From Lingula anatina (lineage: Eukaryota; Animalia; Brachiopoda), in contig CM120640.1 in the NCBI GenBank assembly GCA_051362555.1, forward strand, positions 43,006,788-43,070,787: DNA of 64,000 bases, written 5' to 3'. A program made the translations under genes and the position numbers. Of this stretch, positions 1 through 14,586 are shown piece after piece (position 1 is the first letter of the stretch; each line of letters opens with the position of its first letter). Below the pieces are notes generated by a model. That model had not been told where the DNA came from. It saw nothing but the letters and a program-made list of their open reading frames with translations, and ran no database searches.

Positions 1-859
1 AGCGGAAAATTTGGGGGGTTTTGGGGTAAGCGAGGGATTAATTTTGTTAATGAATTGGCATGTCAACTTTATTTTAGTCATACATGTATAAAAAACTAGC
101 ATAAGTGGTTTATAATTGTAGCTAGGAATCCTCGCTCGATTTATATGTAACTTCAATGAATTACTTGGCCGATTTGATTAACTTTCATAATTTTACGTAG
201 TATTTTATGTAGTACTTGAATATAGCAAACTACTAATTCATTTCTTAAAGAAATGAGGAATTTCTTTCCAGTACGTTGAAAAAATGGCTTTATTGTATAA
301 CTTCACCATCCTAATCATTTTAACAATTTAACAATGTAACAAATTGTTCCCTGTATATGAAATGTTATGGCCTTAGGGATATAAACACCTCTCTATCAAA
401 TATTCAATAAGACTCATCATCCTAAAAATTATGATGTGACGAGTCAGCAAAGGTTATTATTTACAAACAATTTTGCACAAATTTCATTTGTTGGGTTGCA
501 AAGGGCGAAAACATATAATCATTAGGCAGGGAAAGTAAAGCGCCTCCGAGAAAAGGGCTTTTTATTAGGAGTGGAGAAATGATGAGTTAGACAGGTGTTT
601 TGAAGTGATAGTAGTTGAGGGGAGGGAGGAGGCGACAGATTTAATGGATAAGATTTCTTACCTTTCCTCTGACTCTTTTACTTTTTACTTCTCTTTCTTT
701 GCGTTTGCTCACGTGCTGACACCTCGAAAAATGGAAATATTCTGCTCACTGGCCCTCTCCCGTGTTTATATCACGTGATATGAGCCAATGGTCTCATTGG
801 CCGATAGGTCGAATTGATTGACACTAGCTGGTGTTGCATAAGTAGTACTCGCCACACAT

Positions 860-1000
860 TGTAAAATCTCCCTGCTCGTTGGTGCCGGTGTAACAGGAAT
901 GGACGTCCGTTAGGAACCGTAGTACGCTTCCCAGAGCTTTGTACAGGTGACATTCGTCCCATATGCTAACCGCAATACACCAACTAACCCTAACCTGTAC
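860..1000. repeat. dispersed repeat, inverted copy at ~7495-7640
   Basis: CTTTGTACAGGTGACA...CTAACCCTAACC here matches the reverse complement AGGTTAGG...TGTCACCTGTACAAAG in SLC22 intron 3. Confidence 0.5.
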
Positions 1001-1797
1001 TAATCATATGGAAGCCCGGACTTTCATTCCTAGCTTCCATTCCAGTTAGCGTTACACCTGTCAATCTTTTGAGCGCCAGTTAAGGGAGACCCCGCATACG
1101 TTGGATTATAAACTAATTTATCCCATGCAAACGATAATTTTGTTTTTTATAATCTGCACATATCGACTAAAGAATAATTTGCTAGTTTGTGATTATATGA
1201 TTTTGGTATGGCGTAAGCGGGAGTCGTCTTATTCTAGTTGCAGTTTAGATGATGCGAAAACATAATCATTTAAGGTGGGGGAAGTGAACTGTACATGTAC
1301 ATATGCACTCTATTTATCCAACGAAGTGATTTACCTGATGGACAAATTGTTTGAATAATTTGTCCATGTTTACCCGATTATAGGATTGCATCATATGAGT
1401 GAAAATGTACACGCTGACAAAATAGTTACGTTTCAGATGTTTGTTCTACTGTCAACTGGTACATAAAACAGTTTTTGCAATGTGCACGGCTTATAATAAT
1501 TACGCAATGGCGTACGTGTCGGACTTACCTGTATGAATGAATTTCACGCCAAGTTAAACATCACCCGAGAGCATAAGCAGAAGTGCGTTAGCGGAGGATA
1601 TCTCCAGCATTAGGTTGTTGTGTAACGAGGGGGTGTGTCTTACACAAGGCAGACGGGGCAAAGAAAAACATTTAACACTGGGGTTAGCAGAGGTTGAGTG
1701 TCATTTGATTCAGTTCATACGCCGTGATACACGGTTCGTAACTAATCAAGAGATCGGACCAATAACCGCACTCAAACGCTTGCAAGTAAAAAAATAG

Positions 1798-2126
1798 ATG
1801 GCTGGGAAATTCGAAGAGGTTTTAGAAAAAGCTGGTAAGCGAAGCACGTCTTATAGTTCTCTGGTGAAAAAAAGAAAATAAGATATCTTGATAGCCTACT
1901 TAGATACTTAGGTACACGACGGATAACAATAATTAGAATAACACGTTTTTCGAAAATGGGGTCACGGAAACCACAGAAAGTAATTTTATGCTACTATATA
2001 GGTGTTGTAATTCAACGCTGATATAGTTTTGTCAGGTTACTCTAAAATGGCCACGTGTAATATAATACAGTGCTAAATCAATTAATTCACCCTAGTTTCT
2101 TTTTCTCTCGTTGCTGTTGTTTCTCT

Positions 2127-2160
<34 letters not shown>

Positions 2161-5100
2161 TATAGATGACCTGTTGTATAACCAGTAATGTGAACGCGCC
2201 ACCTGTCGAAAGAAATGAGAAAAACAACACTAAGAGTTATGCCGATTTTGTTCTCCTTCGGTGATCATTTGTCACATATTTGACCACTGTGAAAATGCTT
2301 GAAAAGGAAGTCAAAAGTTTATAGGTAATAAAGTTTAACTAATACATACACCGTCTTCCAATGAATGTGGTTCGGGTGAAAGAATTTTTCAAATCTGAAC
2401 AGTACGAACATAGAATGATTCCTCTGAAGGAGGAGCACAAATATATTCAATGAGCAGCACGTGTCGCAATTAAGATGGGCGGGGTTATGATATATTGTCT
2501 GTCAATCAAATCCCCGATGCTTAATGCGAATCGTTACATATCATTGGGGTGGGGGGGGGGGGCAAAGATTTTGTTGTGATATTGTATTAAATGATGCAAT
2601 GTTGGTATTAAGACATGAAATTATGTCAATCACACACACACGCACACGCGCAACACACACACGCACGCACGCACGCACTTTAAACCGTGGTATAAGTGAA
2701 GGTCAACAGGTATATGCTCACCACAGCCACTGGAGAGAGATAGAATAAGTTTAGTAGAGCTACATGAAATTAAATAGAAGTAGCCCAATGTCTAAATATT
2801 TTCAACTAACTTCAGTACGGCCATAGCACAAATAGAACGACTGAACAACACATGCAAAACTCAAAACACGAAAAGAACGTCACAACAACATACTGTACAC
2901 AAAACTCACAACAGGAACAGGGGCGCTTTATAAACCAAGGGCATATCCAGGATTATTTGAAGAGGGGGTCTGCGGATACGAACCACCCCCACCCTGCGCG
3001 GGGTTCGGGGCCCAATAAAGGGCCCCGAAAACTTTTGGTATTTAAGAGGGCGAAAAGTGCCATTTGGAACTATGATTCAGCTCGTCAAAATTCTAAATTC
3101 AAGAGGGGACCAGAAATCGAAGGGGAGGGGGGGGGGGTCAGGACCCCCCTGACCCCCCTCTAAATCGGCCCCTGCTTTAAACACAGAGTAGCAAACCTAC
3201 ATGTGTTCACCAGGTAGCCACTCAAACTTGGTCCACTTCAGTGGTCCTTAAAAATTCATCAATCGACATTCCAGGTTACAAATTAACAAGGCATCAAAGC
3301 TGTCAAATGTACGGACAAAAAGGAGAAAATTAGATGCACAAAATCGGTTATTTTGTCAATTTTGATGCAATAATATATTACAGTTAACCGCAGAGTCAAC
3401 ACCAAATTATACTTATGCACAGTCAACAGGTAACACGGGTGTTAGAACAATATGTAACTAGCATTAGGCTTCAAGCCCATGAGAATTCAAATTCACACAT
3501 TGAAATGGGCCAGAATGAGGAAAAAGAAAAATTCACAATGAACAGCATGAATTTTAGAAAGAAATCTAATGAAGCTGGTTTTTCAATTTGAGCTGTATGT
3601 CAACCCTAAGAATCATTCTTGTAAGTAACAAACTAATAAGAAACACAATTTTCCTTTCGTGGCATTTATGGTGGCGGTGCACAAAATAGATTTTTTTTTG
3701 TCAATTTTGATCACATTTTATCACATAATGATTAACAGCATAATCACCAACAATTTCAATTATATTATTTTTAAATAGATATGTCTTGCGTTCCTCTTTA
3801 AAAGTAGCTGGAAAGTCCTAAGCAGACAGAGAAGTGTCCATTTATACACCAAGATTGTTTTGCGTGAGAAGAAGTTCTGACCACATTTTCACCAATCTTG
3901 ATATTGATGTTTTCTGCAATGTGTTTGTTGTGAGGCTGTGTGACGACCAAGGATTCCGTTTTGTTGTCATTTATCATTAGTTTGTTCTTTACCATCTAAG
4001 CCCTAGCATCGGAAATGCAGGTTTTCATTTTCAACAAGGAAATTTTAAGATTCTTGATGTTACAGGGAGTATACAGCTGAGTATCATCAGCGTATATGTG
4101 AAAGTCAATTCTGTCAAAGCGTGCGATTTCACCAAGGGGTAGTGTGTAGATACAGATCTGGAGAGAACCCTGTACACTTTCTTGTGGGAAAGTAGAATCA
4201 AGATCGATTCGATTTTTTCAAGATACCCGGTAGGTCTATTTATTGCAGTCCTGGTTGACGAATCAAGATTTTGTTGTACCTCATCCAATGTGGCTCCAAG
4301 GGGCATATCCAGGCTCCAAGAGGATATGTTTCACAGTCACAACTAATACTGACCAGCATTGGTCCTACCATAGATATATTTATGACTCTCTAAAGGGTAT
4401 GGGGACCAGCGATACTTCTCTTTTGCCAGGACATGTGATGACAATCCGAACCGAGTTGCTACAATTTTTCAAACTTTTTAACATTCATGTCTGCATTAAT
4501 GCCTGAGACACATAGGTTCGGAGAAATATCTCTATACAACACAGCCGTACAATTCCGTTACACTCACACCCTTCCTCTACGGTTTAACAAATCTACTTCC
4601 CCATAATTATTGTGCTGCAAAACAGCACTTAGGTATCTGAATGCTTTTTATTAACCTGTTTACAGACAGGCCATGTAAATAATTAAGGGTCGTCATGATC
4701 CTCTTTTCGTTGTTCAAATGCATTGACCATGGATTGATGCTGCACGGCTTTTACGCGTGCTTTTACATTACATGAGCCAGTTTGACTACACCTTGGACAT
4801 AATTACGAAATTTTGTCCATGCCTACACCTAAGTCGTTCGGTGTGGTGACTCACTCTTAACAAAGACATTACTAATGACCATGAAGTGAACTTTACCAGT
4901 AAATCGTTATTGTTTACCCAAGCTTCACATCCTTAAAAATCCAGTCTTCAATATTTATTATTTTAGGCTTTATTAAATAAAATCTATCAATGTAACTGAC
5001 ACTCGCAATTATGGTTTGAAACGATATCGAGGTACACACAGACTACAAAGGCCTTTTCACGCCAATCGTTACACCCTTCCACCTATAGCAGCATGTGTTG

Positions 5101-8100
5101 ACATATAAACCTCTTTACTTCAATTCGTTTCTGTACTGGTGCATAGACTGTCATGACCTTGTACAATATAATGTAATAACAACAATACAACTGGTGCATT
5201 ACCATTCTGTAATTGGTATTTGTGTTCCCAATATGTGACTGAACAAATACCGGGTATATACTGGGGTATCGTTATGTAATGAACTGATGTACTAGTTAAA
5301 TTACTAATAAAACATTCAAGCTAAGCGGTGAGATATAACTTCATAGTGTTTACAGATTTTTCATAAACACAAATCAAGAAGCATACGGTTACAGTCATAT
5401 GTAACATAATATGGAGTGTTTCAAATTTACAAGGAAAGGAGGAAGAACTACAATTCCATAGGTAAATAAATAACACATTTACACAGATATAAATACTGTG
5501 ACATGGTTTAGTCCCACTGCCGAGTCACTGCTCAAAACAGTGTGACCATACACTGACAGTTTTTTTCAAGGAATAGGTTTAGAGTTACCAAATAGAGCAA
5601 TTACTTCATTTCTTTTCTTTGATGATTTTTAAATAAAATTGGAAAGGGAAACTAAATTATCTTTGCTGGCTCTTAAATACTTTGCATAATTTACTTTGTG
5701 ATGACCTTTTATCACCCTTTAGTATTGAGGTTTTACTTTAGAAGGTCTCTCGGTCTGTTATGTCAACAGAGCCCGGCTATTATGTTATTGGATCCCCTAC
5801 ACTTAACATGGGCATTTAGGGTGGTGACTGGTATCATTATTTTCTCTTATTTTCTACTAGTATTGTACCCTCTAATACGACAAGAAGCCAACAGTTATTG
5901 AAAGTGATATAAAACAATAATACAAACGATGGTAATCGCTTATAAATTTGGTGACATTTGGTAGAGTGCTTTCAATTTTATTGACATTTTAAAATCATTG
6001 CAGAACAGTACATATGCACCTTGTTTTGCGTATTTTTGTGTTGCTTTCTAAGACGACATTACTGGCGCATAGAAGTTCGCCTTAATAACTGAAAAGTGTG
6101 TTCATTTCCTCTTCGACGTTCAGGCACTAGAGGACCCCTACTGACCACTGAGGAATTTTTGTCGTAGGCTATGGCTACATAACAGACATAACAACAAAAA
6201 ATGTTTGTGTACAAAAATATTTTGATGATTGGAATATAACATCCGATGCTTGGCAGTAATACTTCATTATATTGATTTAAGAAACGGACTATAACTAACA
6301 CCTCAAAGAATGTAACCTACACTGGTCCTAGCAATTTTGCTGTGAATTCATCCTCAATAATAGCTGTTAAACTATTTCAGGCGGCATTGGGCGGCGACAA
6401 CTAGCTATCTTCGCTGCAATTAATCTCACTGATTTCGTGACGGCGTGGACTATAATGCTGCCTGTATTCACTGGAATGATTCCTCACTGGACATGTCCTG
6501 TAACAGGACATAATCTTAACCTCACATACTCAACTAATAGAATAAACGGCACGTCAACTGTTGGAATCTACAACATAACAATGGCCGATGGAAATTCTTC
6601 CCTGGTTCAGCGAGACGTTTGCCAAAAGAATGCCACGTTTGGGATATGCGATGGCATACAGTATGTCTCAGATTTCACGTCTGTGGTAACAGAGGTAGTG
6701 ATGACTTGATTATTTTTCTTAGTTAAATTATGATGTATTTTCTGCCTTCTCTACAGTGCTATTCAAACAACAATAGAATAATATTTTAAACGCCCATATT
6801 AGGCCTCATTATGTCTTTGGATTTTATACATATAGTTAAAAAACAAATAAAATTTTTTAGAGTTAATATAATTTTATTGATGTCAAATGGTCTGACCGTG
6901 AAAATATATTTGAAAAATATATCAAATTGAGAAAATTGCACGGCAAAAATAATAATGCAAAGAATAAACATCTTTGAATGGATTTCTTTTGAACTAAGTT
7001 GTTTCTATTTTGACATATACATGCTTTGTTTTCAGTGGAACTTGATCTGTGACTTAGATGAAATAAGCGACCTCATCACAACGATCCAAATGATTGGCAT
7101 TGTTTTTGGGGCTTTTTTGATCAGCCATCTTGCCGATATGTTTGGTCGAAAGAAGGTCTGGATTTCGGTGGTGACCCTCAACTCAATGGTAGGGTTCGCA
7201 AATGCGTTCTCTCCATACTGGGAAATGTTTGCTGCCATGCGCTTCTTTAACGGAATGGCTAGCGGGGGTAAGTGTGAAAGGTTGGGGTACATACATGATC
7301 AGCTGTTAGTGTTTATTTGAATAACTATTTACAAAACGATTTATACTTTAAATGCATTTTTAAAAGAACATCTACAACATCTATTTTTGAAATCGACGAA
7401 ATGTGACGACAGCATCGTTTTAGTTGTTTTCGTGTGTATCGATTTCAGCCTTTTCATACGTTGGGCAAGTGAGACAAGAGAAATATATTCCCAGCAATGT
7501 AGGTTAGGTTTTAGTCGGAGTATTGGTGTTAGTACATAGGACGATTGTCACCTGTACAAAGTAATAGAGAACGGACGACAGTTCATATAGGGCCTATCCT
7601 TCCTGTCGCACCGGTTTCAAAAACGAACTTGAGGTCGAACATTTTTCTGCACTTTTAGACCAACATTTTAATATTGGCCTGAAGCTTTAGACACACCTTA
7701 GTTTTTAGAAAATATATCTAGACTACTGCTGATCTATCATTGATCAAAACAGTCTATAGATAGATTTTTTATGAAACTGCACCCTAAATTGGCAACAGGA
7801 AACTATTAATCACTTTTCTCCATTTTTCAGGTTTGCTTATATTGAGCTTTATCTGGCCGCTGGAATTCATTGGGACGAAATACCGCAGTATATGCGGCGC
7901 GGTGAGCTTCTGGCAAATAGGGACCATGTGTCTTGCGCTACTGGCATATTTTGTTCGAGACTGGAGGACACTAGTAATGGTGACATCATTATTCCCAGGG
8001 GTACTGTTCTGGATATTGTACAGGTAAACTAACTGACCATGCGAGCTCTGAAAAACCACTAGGGATTATTATGAGTGATGACCTATCATGGAATATCCAT

Positions 8101-8853
8101 ATACAGAAAATTAGAAAGGCAGTGGATGGTGATCTTTTTAAGAAAATTAAAAACCCAACTCCTAGTAGCAACAAGAAAGCTTTTTATAATGCACATGTAA
8201 CCTCTCACCTGCACTACTGCTCCACCGTATGGAGCAGTAGTCAAAAATCTATGAATTACATAAGTATAAAAATGTGCCGCTACATTACTTTTAAATTCAC
8301 CAGATACAGAGGCACAAAACCATTACTCTTTTTATTTAAACTACAATATTTAAAGATGGCTCAGCATTTTATGAAAGAATAGATTTTAGAAAACTTACTA
8401 ATATATTAATTTCGAAATGATTTGACACCTAGGTACCCGAGTAAGTTATTTAAAAAATGAAATAGCTAATATTACAAAGAGACCAACCAAATCTTCAACT
8501 AAAGAGCAGTTATATTTGCCAGGCGGCAAGCACAAAGACGTTTTAATCAATGGGCCCGTTTGTAGTTCTATACTTTTAGGAATATAATGTTGATTGTGTC
8601 ATTAGAAATTTGAAAACATAATTTTTTTAAAAACGGCCTGATTAAATTTTATCAAAATGAGGACTGTTATTGTTGCAATTGTTTTAATTTGTATATATGC
8701 TTTTGTTGTTATTTTGAGTCTGAACACAATCCTTTATATTTTTTACCTATTTTAAAGATGTTTTATTTGTTTACTTTTTATCACCTCAAGAGAGCCACGG
8801 GGAAGATAAATTATATATTTATCATTTTTTTACCACCAATAAGTAAAGTTTAA

Positions 8854-8896
<43 letters not shown>

Positions 8897-11800
8897 ATAC
8901 CGATGGGAACTTACCTTCCCTCAGCAGTAGTTCTGTTTTGAATTTAAGTCTTAATAAAAATAATAATAATAACATAAAACATAAATTTACTAGAGCATTT
9001 TGACATTCAAACACCAATATTATTGAAGTTAACTTAAAAATACTATTTAATGATTGAAACCTCTTGCCTCTTTTCGTATGCCTAGATTTTTGCCTGAGAG
9101 CCCAAGGTGGCTTGCGATGAATAACCGTCTAGAGGAAGCTATGGCTATTTTGGAGGCTATAGCTAAGACTAACAAGAAGCCGCTTCCAGATAAGGACGTT
9201 CTGCAGAAGGCAGTAGAGGTACATACTTTAAAACAAAAATAAATTTATAATATTTGATTTATTTATATATAGCACATCAGTGTTAAATCATGTCTGAATA
9301 CAATAGCCCGAGAGTTATTCTTACCAGTGCCATATTCTCATTATAGAGGCAGTTTTTAAAGTATTACTATGGGCAGAATATGATACAGGTGAAATATATT
9401 AGAATGGTTATTCTGATAACTTTAAAATAGATCATTTTCATTTCATTTAAAGGAAGATAAGAATATCGAAGAAAAACTAAAAAAATACAATTTTAGTGAT
9501 CTGTTCAGGACTCCTACGTCGACCCTTCACACTTTAGTGCTTATGTTTGTATGGTGAGTAATATTTTAGCGCATGCTCACGCGCAGGCACGCACACACAT
9601 AGGAAACTAAACCATTCACAACCAAACCCCTACACGCATGGCACTTAATTATAGATGTAGCTCGAGTCAACGTACAACTACATGTATCCAGGAAGTTAAG
9701 TTACTACAGATATAAGTACAAATACATGCATCAAGGAAGTTTAGTAACTACAGATATAAGCATAAATACAAAATAAACCCATGGTTTTAAATTGATCGAC
9801 AACGCTTACTTAATTATTCTTCTTGTTTATAAAATCGAGTATTAATATATTGTTTTAGGTTTGTCTGCACGTCTTCGTACTATGGTCTATCGTTAAACGT
9901 GAAGCACATGCCTGGGGACATCTACGTCACCACTGTTCTTCTGGGACTGGTTGAGTGGCCTGCGGTTCTCTCGACTACCTGTCTTAATAACGTGTAAGTA
10001 ATACAGTGCTTGTTCTGGGGGTTTCAGTTCCTAAGCAAAATATCAGGCCTGCTGCTAAATTGCAGTAAATTTGCTGCAAACTGCAATTCCTTCTAGCAAA
10101 TTTGCATCAAATTTGCTGAAATATTGTTGCAAATTGCTGCAAACTTATTCATTTTGCTAAGGGATCTTATTCATTAATAAAGTAGTTGTGATGTGACCAG
10201 CAAATGTTGCGTCCCCCCCTTTCTGCTTTACAATAATGTTCAATGAAAGAGACATATCGTCTGAAGTACCGGTAGAGAAGTTTTCCCCCAGCATAATTCG
10301 TCAAGATAAATGTTATTTTGCAGCAAAATGCCCTTCTTCATTTCATTTTATTTGCTCAATAAAGTTCACGTGGCTAGATGACTGTGAATAGATGTGCATT
10401 TCAGCATTGGTCGTCGACCCACGATGTTTGGTTATAACCTGATTGGAAGCCTTGCTATGCTGTCTGTCATAATCGTGCATCTTTCAGGTAATAGTCATTA
10501 TGCTTTTAAAATGTAATATTTTTCGTTTACATGTAATTTTCGTTTTCATTTAAATGTATTATTTTTCGTTTACAGCACGTAATCTTAGAAGTAATTTTGT
10601 TCACCCTTTCGATACTTTTACGAAATTCACGCAGTGTCCTATTGCATCCTCACTTTACCCGTTCAGTTTTTAACAATTTAAAGGCAATACCATAATATGC
10701 CCCCGCACCTGCTTTCAAATTCCAGTGTTTTTCGACAAATAATTAAGTTAAAATGTTTTGGTATGTATAAGCCATATAATTGCTTTATTGCAGTTTATAT
10801 TAATAAAGTTATCCTACACATTATACCACCATTCGAATTTTTCCTTGACATGCGTCCCCTTTTCTATCCTCTAAATTTTATTTACGTTAGGAAGCGCCAA
10901 ACGTAGGGCCTAATAGTTATATTATTTTATATTTTAGGGCAAATGGAAAGCCAAGAGATCTTAATTACAGTTCTTGCGCTAGTTGGTAAAATGGGAATTT
11001 CTTCAGCATGGGCTGTTGCTTATCTTTACACAGCAGAACTATTTCCTACGGTTGTAAGGTACGTTGCTCTGCTCTGACCCTCTCTATCTCTCTCTCTCAC
11101 ACTCACACACGCCCAGACACAAACATGTTTTCTCTTTCTCTCTCTCTCGTTCACACACACACACACACACACACACACTTATTGGATTAACCGAACAACT
11201 AAAGTAAAAGTACTGCAACCGAAGGTTAAATGTAAGACTGCAAAAGGCCAGCTTGAAAGAAATAATTGCATATTTTCATGGATGTCATATATAACTTCAG
11301 GAGCATTGGTTGTGGTGCAGCTTCGATAGCCGGAAGAATAGGTGGCGTTGTAGCGCCCCAGTTTGTATATTTGGTAAGCACTATAGCAAGTAACGTTGTT
11401 ATCCCTTTACACACGCTATCTAGAGCGATGCCACGGTATATTTGCCAGGTTTAGGCCTATATTACCCGGTTCCAACTACAAAATGATGCCAGACTTTAAC
11501 GAATAGGACTGAAGGTTCCAAGGCGAAAAAGATTGTTTATCGACGGATTGCTTTGAAAATCCAGACTCTGTAGGGAAACCATGTACTGGTCAACGCGCGT
11601 TTTGGTAAAAACTTATGTATTCAGCGACTTGACTTACACTTTAATCATCCTGGGGCTTGTTTTATTCATACCTATGCTACAACTCTCCTGTGGTCCTCAG
11701 ATCAAATTCGGTCCCCAAATTCTTACATACGCACACTACAAAGGAGCTACAGGTACCGTGGTTAATTAACCCAGATCGATTTGTTTTACTGTAGGCCTAC

Positions 11801-12826
11801 CTAGTTTTAAGTTTTTTTTTGTACAGACACAGATGTGTCTGTACATAGAGCCATCATCCGTGTCTGTCGTCACCGTTGTCGTCGCCGTGCACTTTATAAC
11901 GTGTTATAGTGTTATAACGATTATTTTGCATTATGTAATAAATTGTTAAAATTGGAAAAAACTCATTCGGTACAGTTATTTCTTTCCGTACATAATGGCA
12001 TTGTCAAGGTGTGAGTTTGAAATTTCATGGGCCTGAAGAAATTTGCTAGTCTTTGATGCCTGCAGTACATAAATTTGCGATGATTATGCTGTTAAACATT
12101 ACATGTATGTAATATTGCATCAGAATTGAAGAAAACCCTATTTTGGGCACTGTAGTGACGATTTTCAAACTTACAGATTAGTATTATAGGGCTTAAACAC
12201 AACTTAATGTGGAAAACAGCCTGATTGGATTCTTTTTTTATACATTTTTAATGAAATGTTAATTCGTCACATATTGGCATTTTCTAGGTATGACTTTGAA
12301 CTTCTGTGGACTTGAAGACCTTTGCTAGTCATATCTTCTGAATATCCATGATATCTGAAGTATATTATAAAAATTGCTGATGATTATTATATAATATTGC
12401 ATATTGATAAAAGAACTATTTTGTGTACTGTCACTACAAATACTTTAAAAGGAAAACTGTGTTACTTATTATCATTATGTAACTTGCCAGAATCATTGAG
12501 CAAACCAGCTTGATTGGATTGTTTTTCTTTCTTGATGTCTGTAAATTCGACAGCTTTGCTGTCTTGTTATTTTTTTGTCAAAAAGAGAGAAAATTGATTC
12601 ATTATACTTACAACTTTGATCTCATGTGTTCCAGGCAAAGGTGACCCCAGTGCTTCCTTTCATCTTATTCAGCAGTTTAGGATTAGCGGCGGCTTTCACC
12701 GGCCTTCTTTTGCCAGAAACGCGCTCGAAGGGATTGTCGGACGCGCTGCCTGAATGGTCATGGTGCGGTCGTAATCGGACTACTGGCGACGATGACCGCG
12801 ATGACATAACACGGCACCAAGGCTGA
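1798..12826 (+). CDS. SLC22-family organic cation transporter-like MFS protein, 11 coding exons, ~537 aa
   Basis: Exons, all GT-AG and frame-consistent: 1798-1834, 6381-6694, 7036-7267, 7831-8023, 9086-9218, 9453-9553, 9859-9993, 10405-10487, 10938-11058, 11301-11373, 12635-12826 (1614 nt). SLC22 motifs: MAGKFEEVLEKAGGIGRRQ, SVVTEWNLICD, LADMFGRKK, PESPRWL, DLFRTP, YYGLS, GRRP, YTAELFPTVVRSIG, LPETR. Confidence 0.93.
2918..3174. mobile_element. MITE-like element with CAGGGGC termini
   Basis: CAGGGGCG at the left and TAAATCGGCCCCTG at the right; G/C-run interior; same terminus type as 38676-38842. Confidence 0.45.
3800..4250 (-). mobile_element. degenerate LINE (CR1/L2 clade) reverse-transcriptase fragment
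   Basis: Minus strand reads HIYADDTQLY (~4070-4100) and CISDARA*MVKNKLMINDNKTE, with stops and frameshifts. Confidence 0.8.
8040..8898 (+). mobile_element. 3' fragment of a CR1/L2-like LINE with (TAAA)n tail
   Basis: KPLGIIMSDDLSWNIHI...FYNAHVTSHLHYCSTVWSS resembles the post-RT region of CR1-type ORF2; (TAAA)n at ~8852-8898. Confidence 0.7.
10029..10164. mobile_element. small MITE-like foldback
   Basis: Ends TCCTAAGCAAAAT / ATTTTGCTAAGGGA are imperfect inverted repeats; the interior is made of TTGCTGCAAA/AATTTGC repeats. Confidence 0.5.
11815..12568 (+). mobile_element. non-autonomous Helentron (HINE/DINE-1-like) element
   Basis: T-run insertion site; 5' subTIR TGTACAGACA with nearby inverted TGTCTGTACA; GTC-rich microsatellite; internal ~280-bp tandem duplication; 3' subTIR TGTCTGTAAA followed by hairpin GACAGC-TTT-GCTGTC and TTGTT. 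Confidence 0.7.
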
Positions 12827-14420
12827 ATTGCCGGGATTATGTTGAATGAAGGAAAGATTGCAGAGCTGGGAAAAGCTTACAAGCCTTAATCATTATCCAA
12901 AACATTGGTCATTATTTTCGTTTTTGAAACGAAACTATAACGGATGCTGAATATACTAGTTTCCTGTATTACGAAAAGTTGTTCTGATATCAAACTGGTG
13001 TTCTTAAAAAGAGATAATGATTTGCATCTGACGTCAAAACGCACAAGAAATAAAGGGGAAATTAAAACTTTTTGAGTGAAAATTAATTTGTCCGATTCTG
13101 CACTGAACCAACTGGAAATCATAAAAGTATGCGCGTTGCATGTTGGGTTCAAGTTGTTTTAAAAGGCAAAATCGCCTCTACCGTCCAGATAAAACTGTAC
13201 TCTGTTAACCAAATGGTCAAAACTGGCAGTGAGACAAAACGATTTACCCAGTAAACTATAGTAGTGTAGTTAGAAACCGTGGTTGGTTACTGATTTCTGA
13301 GGTGATTGGTAATAAAAGACGAAATACAGAAGCCAGCGTTTATGATACTTAATTTTTTATTTCTCACATACGTGACAAGTCTGTCACCTAAGCAAGAACA
13401 GTCTTTGACGATCTACCCGGGGTATTTCTCTGAAGACATCTGCGTTACCAGCTTAGGGCTTCGGTCTCTCTACCATCGAAATATACCGATTCCTGCTTGC
13501 AGCAAACCCCACCAGGCGTGTCCTCTAATGAAGTAAATTGGTCAATTGTCATGATTATATTTTTATACGCTGACACGGGCTAAATGCTATTTTTACTCTA
13601 CGTAAAACTTGAATATATATATTTGTGTCCGATTTGAAAACAAGATTAATAAAACTTAATACTGGGACTACATTACTTCTTATAACATTAAAATATTTTA
13701 CGGGTGGAAAAGTTACATAACGCTCGGGCTGGCTGGAAAAGATTCATCTTTATTCACTGGGTGTTTATGTGAAACGTGTGTGTGTGTGTGTGTGTAAGGG
13801 GTAGGGTGGGGGGTAAATAAATCATAAGTTCCACTATTGTACTCATATGCAGTATAGTTGAAAAATGAGAGACAAATTAAATAAAAAACCAAATAATCCA
13901 TCAGGAAATGAATTGCCCTTTTACAGGTGAGATAAATATTTATGTACAAAGACAAAAAGGTGACTGGTACAATATGTCTTGTTACCACCGAGCAGAGTAT
14001 TTTGTGAAGAGCGACTTGATTTACTCTGATAGATCTACATTGTTGTAAAATAAATACTGAAGATATTTCAGTTTTTTTTTTAAATCAAATTGTGGGAGTG
14101 AAAGAATGGCGTAATCAGTCGTTTTATCTCTGCGTTTACTTGTTCAGATGAATATATATTCTTACAGCGTTTATTTGACAGCATACGTTTTGTTAAGTCT
14201 AAGATATCTCCTTGTCCACCTCTTTTTATACAATATGTCTGTCTGGCACAAACTAATTGAACAAACGTAGATAACGAGTAACCGTTTTTTTATTTTTTGC
14301 ACAGAAAGATAAGGCTGTTTTTCTTTTTTTTTAGCATAAAAGTTTCTTATGCCTTTGAAATATATCTTTCAACTGTGACTTGTAAAGTTCATCACTGGGA
14401 CGGCACGTAAATTCTGAGAG

Positions 14421-14535
14421 TCACGTTTCACCTGTGTCAGGCTTAATTTTCATCACCGTATATTTAAGCAGCAAAGGTGAATTATGAGGAGCTACACCCC
14501 ATTGTAGACCACCGTTGATCACGGCAGTACCACAA
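14421..14535 (-). pseudogene. PAN-FReD remnant A' (end of the last exon only)
   Basis: Encodes INGGLQWGVAPHNSPLLLKYTVMKIKPDTGET*, identical to the tail of copy B; joined at ~14536 to the 3' UTR of copy A. Confidence 0.85.
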
Positions 14536-14586
14536 ACTGTCACTCGTAAAGTTCAACGCTGGGACCGAACATGTTAGTTCTGATAG

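Noticed and set aside
984-994. CTAACCCTAAC, identical to the vertebrate telomerase RNA template
   Set aside because: It lies inside a dispersed repeat with a degenerate inverted copy at ~7500; no pseudoknot or H/ACA context was recognised.
13713-13988. ORF MVTRHIVPVTF... recurring at 18973-19212 and 32181-32510
   Set aside because: GTG start, runs into a (CA)n tract and is broken in other units; the recurrence is explained by segmental duplication of the 3' flank.
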